Positions 24,008 through 31,361 of a DNA stretch of 43,925 nt are shown here, piece after piece. Source of the stretch: a virus; IMG/VR virus record IMGVR_UViG_3300044771_000011, positions 1 to 43,925 of that record; one strand, 5' to 3'. Both the position numbers and the translations under genes were made by a program. Each line of letters opens with the position of its first letter. Within the stretch, counting starts at the first letter, position 1. The notes under the pieces are model-generated. The model ran no database searches, had not been told where the DNA came from, and saw only the letters and a list, made by a program, of their open reading frames with translations.

Positions 24008-24494
24008 GATTAAAGAGATAAGGTATAGGGCGGAGAAGGCTACTCCTGCGCCGTGGGATATTGGTGATGGTGGTGAATTGTCGCTCTATGGAGGAGAAAA
24101 CAGCGTAGTCAAGAAAGGTGGGAGAGTTATTGTAAGTCGTGCTATATATGGTAGTGATTTTGATAAGCAAACCTATATTGATGTTGATTTTATCGCCAAC
24201 TCACCAGCAGACATTAACTACCTACTGGCAGCACTCGAAGAGGCACAGGATACAAATGAAAAACTAAAGAAGGATTTTAATAAAGAAGCGGAGTCGTATA
24301 TTAAAAAAATATGGGAATTAGAGTCAAGAGAGCGAGTTTTGCGGGAGGCGTTGGAATTCCATGCTATCAAGGATAACTATCAAGAACAATTAGTATCTAA
24401 TGAGGATGATGGTTGGGATATATATCGTAAACCAACTATTGTTTTAGATAATGGCAAAATTGCCAGGGAAGCACTTGGGCAGGAGGGGAAATAG
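23997..24494 (+). CDS. Ead/Ea22-like protein (paralogue 1)
   Basis: RAEKATPAPWDIG...DVDFIANSPADINYLLAALEEAQ is typical of Ead/Ea22-like phage proteins. Shares three sequence blocks with the next gene. Confidence 0.5.
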   Translation: MQDRIKEIRYRAEKATPAPWDIGDGGELSLYGGENSVVKKGGRVIVSRAIYGSDFDKQTYIDVDFIANSPADINYLLAALEEAQDTNEKLKKDFNKEAESYIKKIWELESRERVLREALEFHAIKDNYQEQLVSNEDDGWDIYRKPTIVLDNGKIAREALGQEGK

Positions 24495-24881
24495 ATGGAT
24501 GAATTAAAAGAGATAAGGGATAGAAACAATAATGCTTTTTATCGTGATGATGAAGAAATAGACTATCTACTGGATGCACTCGAAGAGGCGCAAACTAAAA
24601 TAAAAGAGTTAGAATTAAAAGTTAACTGGCAATATGATGCTGAATCAAATTTGCATTACTGCCCTGTGTGTAATCTTACTAGAAATAAAAGTATTGTTGT
24701 TCAGGTTCAAGAAGGATTAGACAGGGAGCGAGTTTTGCGGGAGGCGTTACAAGAATTCTGCACTAGAGTTGAAAAAGGAGAGATTCGCAGTAGAAAAACC
24801 TATAGCCAATTTATGCAAATATTAAGAGGAGATAAGTCTGAATGTATTGCTAGAGAAGCACTTGGGCAGGAGGGGAAATAG
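24495..24881 (+). CDS. Ea22-like C-terminal paralogue (paralogue 2) with a CxxC insert
   Basis: Shares IDYLLDALEEAQ, RERVLREAL and the identical C-terminus AREALGQEGK with the previous gene. Confidence 0.5.
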   Translation: MDELKEIRDRNNNAFYRDDEEIDYLLDALEEAQTKIKELELKVNWQYDAESNLHYCPVCNLTRNKSIVVQVQEGLDRERVLREALQEFCTRVEKGEIRSRKTYSQFMQILRGDKSECIAREALGQEGK

Positions 24882-25115
24882 ATGATAGATGAAAGATTGG
24901 ACAAGTTAGAAAAAGAATCATTAGACTTTTTTTGGGGATCAACAGATTTAGCCATATTCGAATTAATCGCAGAACTACGCGCAGAACTTAGTCATTCTAG
25001 ATTAGGAGAACATAAAAGGTATATTACAGAGTTAGAAATAAGCTTAAAAGAAGAACGGAAGAAGGTTGCTGAGTTACAAGAAATTATTGATTCATATTCT
25101 GAATACGGATACTAA
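24882..25115 (+). CDS. Hypothetical coiled-coil protein
   Basis: 77-aa ORF with GCAGGAGGGGAAA upstream. Confidence 0.5.
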   Translation: MIDERLDKLEKESLDFFWGSTDLAIFELIAELRAELSHSRLGEHKRYITELEISLKEERKKVAELQEIIDSYSEYGY

Positions 25116-25146
25116 AGGGTGGTTAAATGACCACCCTTTCTTTTTG
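25114..25146 (+). terminator. Rho-independent terminator ending the early leftward block
   Basis: AAAGGGTGG, 8-nt loop, CCACCCTTT, then CTTTTT. Confidence 0.7.
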
Positions 25147-25452
25147 GGGGCTCACCAGCAAAACGCGCAAAACGTACGTTAAGGATTAATCTCTTCTTAA
25201 CGTGCTATAATTTCCGAATTCTATCGTGACCCCTAATAGGACAATTGTCTAATTATTCGCAATTAAGCAGGAATATGTTTACATTACGACTAAATAGTCA
25301 GTATATGTTACGTATCGGAGGGTGATTCTATTGCAGGTTTAATTTTTATGCCCGTTTTTAAAGGGGTTTTTATTTTTGCCTTTAATCGTTGTTGCAAATG
25401 TGATATAATAAACCAAACATATGTTCGATAAAAATACATAAGGGGATGCAAA

Positions 25453-25578
25453 ATGGTAGATATTAGTTATGAGATAGTTGATTTCAAGGGCGAAGTGGAA
25501 TGGGTGGAACTTGATAATGAAAGTTATGCGGTTGACCTGCTATATGTAGACGAATTTTTAAATTCGTTTGGATGTTGA
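25453..25578 (+). CDS. Small acidic ORF (41 aa) in the noncoding island
   Basis: AAGGGGA lies 6 nt before the ATG. Preceded by TGATATAAT at about 25401-25409. Coding status is uncertain. Confidence 0.3.
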   Translation: MVDISYEIVDFKGEVEWVELDNESYAVDLLYVDEFLNSFGC

Positions 25579-25580
25579 CA

Positions 25581-25609
25581 TTTACAATTTGAATAATATT
25601 AGTTATAAT
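25581..25609 (+). promoter_or_regulatory. Near-consensus promoter with no ORF downstream
   Basis: TTTACA, 17 nt, TATAAT. A TTGACA also lies 6 nt further upstream. Confidence 0.6.
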
Positions 25610-25615
25610 GGGCAT

Positions 25616-25858
25616 ATAAATAAATAACCGCTCCTGTTACTAGCAGGAACGGTCATAAGTGAATACTAGAGGTTTTTGGCTACTTCATGGATGATCTTGT
25701 AAATAACCCACAAAGCAACACTTGAAACTGTTAGTCTGAAGCGGTTGGTTTCAAAGTGCAATTGCGTTCACCTCCTGTATTCAGTTTGAGAGAGATCATA
25801 CCTCTCCCAAACGCTATTATAGCAGAAGCCGTTAGATAATTCTAACGGCTTTTTGTTT
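25616..25858 (+). ncRNA. Candidate ~240-nt structured noncoding RNA (promoter-to-terminator unit)
   Basis: No ORF longer than 12 codons. Hairpins ACCGCTCCTG/CAGGAACGGT, CACTTGAAAC/GTTTCAAAGTG and GAGAG/CTCTC. Exposed CACCTCCTG (anti-SD-like). Terminator AAGCCGTTAG/CTAACGGCTT followed by TTTTGTTTT. Confidence 0.45.
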
Positions 25859-25882
25859 TGTATATAATGATAACAAAGATGA

Positions 25883-25910
25883 AGACCAGCTAAACTGCTG
25901 GTCTTTTTTA
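25883..25910. terminator. Hairpin terminator shared by convergent transcription (the T-run overlaps the repressor stop codon)
   Basis: AGACCAGC, 6-nt loop, GCTGGTCT, then TTTTTTATTTTTT. Confidence 0.6.
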
Positions 25911-26264
25911 TTTTTTAGTATATAAATCTATTAGTTTTTCTAATGTTTCTGGAGAAATCCCGCTTTTTCTTGCCTTTTCACTTAAAAGTATATACGGATC
26001 ACCGCTAGGATTAAAATTAGTTTCTTTGATTTTACCGTCTGCATCTCTAACATCTTCCGCAAAGTATGTTTTTGCTAGTAACGATTCTGTTGTGACATTG
26101 AAATAATCAGATATTTTTTTCAATGTATTAGCGCGAGGGATGGAACCATTCTTCCAATACGTTGCATTTGAACAGCTTAAGCCAATATCTGAAATAAGTT
26201 TAGTTATTGAGATCCCTTTGTTTTGGCATAATTTTTCTACTTGCTTAAAAAACATAAATATCAT
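25908..26264 (-). CDS. CI-like repressor, XRE-family HTH, without a peptidase S24 domain
   Basis: KLCQNKGISITKLISDIGLSCSNATYWKNGSIPRANTLKKISDYFNVTTESLL is a typical HTH_3 sequence. Divergent from a Cro-like gene. Only 118 aa. An alternative start lies at 26255. Confidence 0.75.
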   Translation of the reverse strand: MIFMFFKQVEKLCQNKGISITKLISDIGLSCSNATYWKNGSIPRANTLKKISDYFNVTTESLLAKTYFAEDVRDADGKIKETNFNPSGDPYILLSEKARKSGISPETLEKLIDLYTKK

Positions 26265-26275
26265 CCTTTTATTTT

Positions 26276-26304
26276 TATATAAACTGAATAAAACTCATTG
26301 ACAA
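26276..26304 (-). promoter_or_regulatory. Promoter for the repressor gene
   Basis: On the - strand: TTGTCA, 17 nt, TATATA. Its -35 overlaps the -35 of the opposing promoter. Confidence 0.5.
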
Positions 26305-26326
26305 ACTGAAGGCAACCGAATATAAT
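26298..26326 (+). promoter_or_regulatory. Consensus early rightward promoter
   Basis: TTGACA, 17 nt, TATAAT (a perfect consensus), followed by a ~175-nt leader that ends in the palindrome TTTTCATAA-aaaa-TTATGAAAA (26469-26490) abutting the SD. Confidence 0.75.
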
Positions 26327-26502
26327 ACAAGTATACCAAGTTAAAGGGTATAAGAAATACGCACTCCTGCGAAATATTTTTTCACGGAGTAGAAAGGTTC
26401 GGTATACACGTTATTATTATTCCATCAACAAGAAAGATAATATCACGTAACCGAACTAAACACAACTATTTTCATAAAAAATTATGAAAAAGGAGGATTA
26501 AA

Positions 26503-26685
26503 ATGGAAAAATATTTTACTTGTGATGATGTTGCATCAAAATATGGAGTAAAAAAAATTACTGTATGGTCTTGGATTAGGGAAAAGAAACTTAACGCCAT
26601 TCAGACAGGTAGAAATTATTGTATTCGCCCAGAAGATTTGAAAGAGTTTGAAAATAATAGAACAACAATTAAAAAGGAAGTGTAA
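26503..26685 (+). CDS. Cro-position regulator, excisionase/MerR-type HTH (HTH_17-like)
   Basis: YFTCDDVASKYGVKKITVWSWIREKKLNAIQTGRNYCIRPEDL. AAAGGAGGA SD. First gene of the rightward operon. Confidence 0.6.
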   Translation: MEKYFTCDDVASKYGVKKITVWSWIREKKLNAIQTGRNYCIRPEDLKEFENNRTTIKKEV

Positions 26686-26687
26686 AA

Positions 26688-27467
26688 ATGAGTAATTTAT
26701 CAACAATCAAAAATACAAGATGCTTTATTGATGACAATGGAACGGCACAACTTAATTTAGAAGATGTTGCTAGAGGATTAGGATTTACTGAAATAGCGGG
26801 GAGCGGTAACGAAACAGTTAGATGGAGAACAATCAAAGGATATTTAGAAGGGTTTGGATTCATCGCAACAAGTTGCGATACGTATTCTCCACAAGTGGGG
26901 AAAGAAACATTCATCCCAGAAAACATCTTCTACCGTCTAGCTATGAAAGCCAAAAATGAAACGGCTGAAAAGTTCCAAGCAATTGTAGCTGATGAAATTC
27001 TTCCAGCAATCAGAAAAACAGGTACATATTCAGCATCTCCGCAAATACCACAAACATTACCAGAAGCCCTAAGAGCCTACGCAAATGAAGTTGAAAATCA
27101 CATCAAGGCAAAGGCGCTGATTGAAGAAAATAAACCATTAGTATTATTCGCTAATTCTGTTGCTGGTAGTGATAATTTAAGCTCTGTAAATCAATTATCT
27201 AAAATACTGAATCAAAATGGTGTTGATATAGGAGAAAAACGGTTATTTGTATGGCTGCGTGAACATGGTTACTTGTGTAAATGTGGTGATGATTATAACC
27301 TACCAACTCAAAGATCAATGGACTTAAACATAATGGAGATTAAAAAATCATCAATCATTACAGGCAAAGGCGACACATTAGTAACTCGCACGACAAAAAT
27401 TACAGGTAAAGGGTGTATCTACTTCGTTAATAAATTCCTAAACGTTGGGAAATTGGAGGTTGTCTAG
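26688..27467 (+). CDS. Antirepressor (Bro-N domain plus KilAC/ANT C-terminal domain)
   Basis: N-terminus VARGLGFTE...ENIFYRLAMKAKNETAEKFQAIVADEILPAIRKTGTY. C-terminal part ALRAYANEVENH...NQLSKILNQNGVDIGEKRLFVWLREHGYL. Confidence 0.8.
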   Translation: MSNLSTIKNTRCFIDDNGTAQLNLEDVARGLGFTEIAGSGNETVRWRTIKGYLEGFGFIATSCDTYSPQVGKETFIPENIFYRLAMKAKNETAEKFQAIVADEILPAIRKTGTYSASPQIPQTLPEALRAYANEVENHIKAKALIEENKPLVLFANSVAGSDNLSSVNQLSKILNQNGVDIGEKRLFVWLREHGYLCKCGDDYNLPTQRSMDLNIMEIKKSSIITGKGDTLVTRTTKITGKGCIYFVNKFLNVGKLEVV

Positions 27468-27880
27468 TGGGAGTAATTCAAACTCCAACATACAAAACAT
27501 GGGCAGGGATGATTCAACGTTGTACAAATAAAAATAGAAAAAATTATAAGTATTATGGCGGTAGAGGAATAAATGTTTGTGATAAATGGCTAACATTCGA
27601 AGGGTTTTATGATGATATGAATGATAGACCAGAAGGGATGACAATTGATCGCATAGATAATAACGGTAATTATTGCAAAGAAAATTGCAAATGGTCTACA
27701 AATACTGATCAACACAACAATACAAGAAGCAATATAAATATAACATATAATGGTAAAACACAAACTATAACACAGTGGTCAAATGAATTAGGTATCAACA
27801 TTAATACACTAAGATATAGGTTATTTTATAGTAAATGGAGCATGGAGAAATCATTTACAACTATATTTAAGGAGGGTTAA
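27467..27880 (+). CDS. Homing-endonuclease-associated DNA-binding protein family (often annotated HNH endonuclease)
   Basis: TPTYKTWAGMIQRC...YKYYGGRGINVCDKW...MTIDRIDNNGNYCKENCKWST..Q..N is a widespread phage family. GTG start lies 7 nt after GGAGG. Confidence 0.55.
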   Translation: MGVIQTPTYKTWAGMIQRCTNKNRKNYKYYGGRGINVCDKWLTFEGFYDDMNDRPEGMTIDRIDNNGNYCKENCKWSTNTDQHNNTRSNINITYNGKTQTITQWSNELGININTLRYRLFYSKWSMEKSFTTIFKEG

Positions 27881-27881
27881 C

Positions 27882-28025
27882 GTGTGCGATGAAAATGAAA
27901 ACAAGTATTGCACAGATAAATGTATGGACTGTCATAAAAGCAATACATGCAAGGAACCTAAAGATTCGGAATATGTTGAGTGGCGATTATTTAGGACCGG
28001 GGAAAAGGAGGAAACAAAATGTTAA
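27882..28025 (+). CDS. Small Cys-rich protein (47 aa)
   Basis: GTG start 5 nt after AAGGAGGG. Contains CDENENKYCTDKCMDCHKSNTC. Confidence 0.35.
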   Translation: MCDENENKYCTDKCMDCHKSNTCKEPKDSEYVEWRLFRTGEKEETKC

Positions 28026-28174
28026 CTACTCACAGAGTATCAAGCATAGTGCAACGTCAACGTTTTAACATACAAGTCCTTCAAACAGTACTAATGTCAC
28101 TAGGATATGTAGGTTTAATGATGTTAATACTAGCGTTTATTCCAATAGTAATTGCAATGCCTGGGAAATGGTAA
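28019..28174 (+). CDS. Small hydrophobic membrane protein (51 aa)
   Basis: AAAAGGAGGAAA SD. TM segment VLMSLGYVGLMMLILAFIPIVIAM. Confidence 0.45.
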   Translation: MLTTHRVSSIVQRQRFNIQVLQTVLMSLGYVGLMMLILAFIPIVIAMPGKW

Positions 28175-28233
28175 TAAAAAAAGCACTCTTTACGAGAGAG
28201 TGCCCTTACGAAATCAGATGAGGTGATTATACA

Positions 28234-28488
28234 ATGTTGCCAGATATAAGTCAATATTATGGATCAAGCAACGAAGACAACAACAATCAGCCAACAGAGT
28301 TTTTGCGCTATGGATATAGACCAAAACGGACTGATGAGGTTGAAATTGTAGAAATTGCGAGATGCGAATTATGCGGTTCGATTATGACCGAAACAGAAGA
28401 AGTTGTTACTGATGGATTTGGAACTACATTTTGTGGCGAGCCTCACATGATCGAATATGACAAAATGGTGGAGGATGGGGAGTTATGA
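28234..28488 (+). CDS. Hypothetical protein with CxxC...C motifs
   Basis: 84 aa with a GAGGTGA SD. Confidence 0.5.
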   Translation: MLPDISQYYGSSNEDNNNQPTEFLRYGYRPKRTDEVEIVEIARCELCGSIMTETEEVVTDGFGTTFCGEPHMIEYDKMVEDGEL

Positions 28489-28637
28489 ATACATATGTAT
28501 ACTGCGTACATTTTATTAAGCCAAATATAAAAACATATATTCCTGCTGTACTGGGTGAAATAGCAGTAACAAAAGCAGAAAAGTTATTTATGGGAATTGA
28601 TCTTGGGAATAAAGTAAATGTCTGGAGAGTGGAATAA
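28485..28637 (+). CDS. Hypothetical small protein (50 aa)
   Basis: ATGA start/stop overlap with the previous gene. Ends 1 nt before the next ATG. Confidence 0.4.
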   Translation: MNTYVYCVHFIKPNIKTYIPAVLGEIAVTKAEKLFMGIDLGNKVNVWRVE

Positions 28638-29132
28638 ATGCCAAAGTTATATGAACTTACTGATAACTATAATCAAGTATGGGACATGCTCAATAGCGAC
28701 GATACAAATTTACAAATGGTTGAAGATACCTTGCAGTCTATAGAAGCTAATATCGAATTGAAGGCTGAGAACAGCGTGTATTTAGTTAAAAATCTCGAAG
28801 CCTATAGCGATGGTATAGAAAACGAAATAATACGCTTAAAAGGAAAGTTAGAGGCAGTAGATAAAAAAATAGATTCAATTAAAAATTATATGTTTGGACA
28901 GTTAGAAATTGCCGGATTGAGTGAAGTTAAAACAAGTATTGCGACAATCAAACAACAAATTAATCCACCTGCCGTATGCGTAGAAAATGAAAAACTAGTA
29001 CCAATCAAATATTTAACCATGGTGCCTGCAAGTTTTATTGTACGTAAATCCGACATTGCAAGGGATTTGAAAGCTGGCGTTGAAGTTGCTGGTTGCAAAT
29101 TAACGCAGACACAAAGGTGGAAAATATCATGA
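28638..29132 (+). CDS. Siphovirus Gp157-like protein (recombination-module partner)
   Basis: MPKLYELTDNYNQVWDML... is typical of the Gp157 family. It precedes the annealase gene, as it does in Firmicute phages. Confidence 0.6.
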   Translation: MPKLYELTDNYNQVWDMLNSDDTNLQMVEDTLQSIEANIELKAENSVYLVKNLEAYSDGIENEIIRLKGKLEAVDKKIDSIKNYMFGQLEIAGLSEVKTSIATIKQQINPPAVCVENEKLVPIKYLTMVPASFIVRKSDIARDLKAGVEVAGCKLTQTQRWKIS

Positions 29133-29896
29133 CAACTATGAAACATTATAACAATTTAAAAACCGTACCGAGAGACGCTCTTAAAGAAATATCATTTGGG
29201 AAACTAAAAGGAAAATCAGACATAAACCCACAGTACAGATATGAGGCGATGACACAAGAATTTGGGATGTGTGGTATTGGTTGGAGATACGAAATCGTTA
29301 AAACGTGGACACAAGAAGCTAACAACAACCAATTAATGTTATTTGTAGAAATAAACTTATACATTAAAGATGGTGAAAATTGGAGTTATCCAATACCTGC
29401 AATTGGTGGAGATTTCGTGTTGGAATCTGACAAGAATGGTCTACATGGCAATGATGAGGCTTATAAGATGGCTATAACTGATGCATTAGGATATGCAATG
29501 AAATATTTAGGAGTTGCTGCTGATGTCTACAGAGGTTTGGCAAACGACAGTAAGTATGGAAGAGAAAAACAACAACCTCAACAATTGACTCCTAAACCAA
29601 CTAACAATCAAATCAATACAAACATACCAACAGCGCAACAAAAATCCAACACAACGCAACCAACGAAGTCACAGGAGCAATCTGATAAAGTAACAGAGGG
29701 TCAAGCCAAATCGCTATATATAAAATGTACAAAAGAAGGATTAACGCAAGATGATGTCCACCAATTAATGAAGTGGAGATTTGGCGCTGAATCTGCTAAA
29801 GATTTAACGGTATCCCAATTTGTCATTATCGCGAACAATACCAGTAAATTATGGGCTGAATATGTAGCAGATCAAAGTAAAAAGGATGGTATTTAA
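29129..29896 (+). CDS. Rad52/Sak-like single-strand annealing protein
   Basis: INPQYRYEAMTQEFGMCGIGW and NDEAYKMAITDALGYAMKYLGVAADVY resemble conserved Rad52/22-family blocks. ATGA overlap with the previous gene. AAGGTGGA SD. Confidence 0.6.
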   Translation: MTTMKHYNNLKTVPRDALKEISFGKLKGKSDINPQYRYEAMTQEFGMCGIGWRYEIVKTWTQEANNNQLMLFVEINLYIKDGENWSYPIPAIGGDFVLESDKNGLHGNDEAYKMAITDALGYAMKYLGVAADVYRGLANDSKYGREKQQPQQLTPKPTNNQINTNIPTAQQKSNTTQPTKSQEQSDKVTEGQAKSLYIKCTKEGLTQDDVHQLMKWRFGAESAKDLTVSQFVIIANNTSKLWAEYVADQSKKDGI

Positions 29897-29897
29897 T

Positions 29898-30302
29898 ATG
29901 AATAAAGTAATAATTGTCGGTCGTTTGACGCGTGATCCAGAAGTTAGATATACACAAGCAGGGAAAGCAGTTGCCTCTTTTAGCGTTGCAGTAGATAGCG
30001 GGTTTGGTGAGAATAAGAAAGCTGATTTTATTCCAGTTGTAGTCTGGGAAAAACTCGCGGAGATTTGCGGGAACAATCTTAGCAAAGGGCGCAGGGTGCT
30101 GGTAGAGGGCAGATTACAAATTAAAGACTACGAGAAGGATGGACAGAAGCGCAGACAGGCTGATGTAGTAGCGCAGAATGTTGAGTTTCTTGACGGTAAG
30201 AAAGAACAAGGTAGACAGGAAATGGGAACTCACATGGCTGGTGGATATGATGTTAGTTCATTTGGCACAGAAGTCTTACCCGAAGAGGAAATTCTTTTTT
30301 AA
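29898..30302 (+). CDS. ssb: Single-stranded DNA-binding protein
   Basis: MNKVIIVGRLTRDPEVRYTQAGKAVASFSVAV...VVVWEKLAE forms the OB fold. Acidic C-terminal tail PEEEILF. Confidence 0.85.
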   Translation: MNKVIIVGRLTRDPEVRYTQAGKAVASFSVAVDSGFGENKKADFIPVVVWEKLAEICGNNLSKGRRVLVEGRLQIKDYEKDGQKRRQADVVAQNVEFLDGKKEQGRQEMGTHMAGGYDVSSFGTEVLPEEEILF

Positions 30303-30380
30303 TGTAATATTGGGGGTTAACTCCCCCTTCTATTTTGAATAGTATGCGCGGATTATTAAAATTTATGCGAGGTGAGATAC

Positions 30381-30545
30381 TTGGCATCTAAACATCAACA
30401 ATATTGCGGAACCTGCAAAAACATTGACCGAGAAGCATATCGAGGTGCGAAAGTGGCGGTGTGCTATAGAATTACTGACGGTAAGGTAGCCAGAACAGTT
30501 ACAGACAAGACAGTGGCGTGTGGTAATTACAAGGCGGTGAAATGA
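30381..30545 (+). CDS. Small Cys-containing protein (54 aa, TTG start)
   Basis: GAGGTGA lies 5 nt before the TTG. Contains YCGTCKN...CGNY. Abuts the next gene. Confidence 0.35.
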   Translation: MASKHQQYCGTCKNIDREAYRGAKVAVCYRITDGKVARTVTDKTVACGNYKAVK

Positions 30546-31361
30546 TTGGCGGAAATTAAATGGATAAAAATAACCACGGATGTGTTCGATGACGAAAAGA
30601 TTGATTTTATCAGTAGTTTACCAGAAGGTGATTCTCTAATTGTAGTATGGGTTAGGTTGCTTACAATGGCTGGTAAAAATAATGCTGGTGGCTTCATCTT
30701 TCTGACTGAGAACATTCCATACAGTGAAGATATGCTATCTCATAAATTTAAAAAGCCATTGAATGTAATAAAGTTAGCCCTCAAAACATTCAAAGAACTT
30801 AACATGATTGAGTTTGATGAATGTGGAAGATTGATTATAGCTAATTGGGAAAAACACCAAAATGTTGATGCTCTTGAAAAAATAAGGGAGAAAACAAGGG
30901 TGAGAGTAGCTAAATATCGTGAGTCGAAATTGTTACAATGTAACGTTACAGTAACAGACGATGTAACGCCAAGTAACGCACTAGATAAAGATATAGATAA
31001 AGATAAAGAGAAAGAACTTTCTAGTCATAAATTGAAATTTACTGACGAGCATATAAAACTAGCTAACTATCTCAAGGAATTAATCTTATTGAATAATACA
31101 GATGCAAGAGTTCCTGTCAATATTAATAAGTGGGCAAATGATATACGGCTAATGTGCGAAATTGATAAACGTTATCCTGACAATATTGAAATAATTATTG
31201 AATGGTGTCAAAAAGATAGTTTTTGGAAAACAAATATTTTAAGCACAGACAAACTTCGCAAACAATTTGACCAATTAACTTTAAAAATGAAACAAGCAGA
31301 CCAGCAGATTAAACTATTTAATAGCAAACAACCCATAAGGGAGGAATACCCCGAACTATGA
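30546..31361 (+). CDS. Phage replisome organiser (N-terminal organiser domain plus DnaD-like C-terminal domain)
   Basis: EIKWIKITTDVFDDEKIDFISSLPEGDSLIVVWVRLLTMAGKNN matches the replisome-organiser N-terminal domain. TTG start. Upstream of the helicase gene. Confidence 0.7.
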   Translation: MAEIKWIKITTDVFDDEKIDFISSLPEGDSLIVVWVRLLTMAGKNNAGGFIFLTENIPYSEDMLSHKFKKPLNVIKLALKTFKELNMIEFDECGRLIIANWEKHQNVDALEKIREKTRVRVAKYRESKLLQCNVTVTDDVTPSNALDKDIDKDKEKELSSHKLKFTDEHIKLANYLKELILLNNTDARVPVNINKWANDIRLMCEIDKRYPDNIEIIIEWCQKDSFWKTNILSTDKLRKQFDQLTLKMKQADQQIKLFNSKQPIREEYPEL

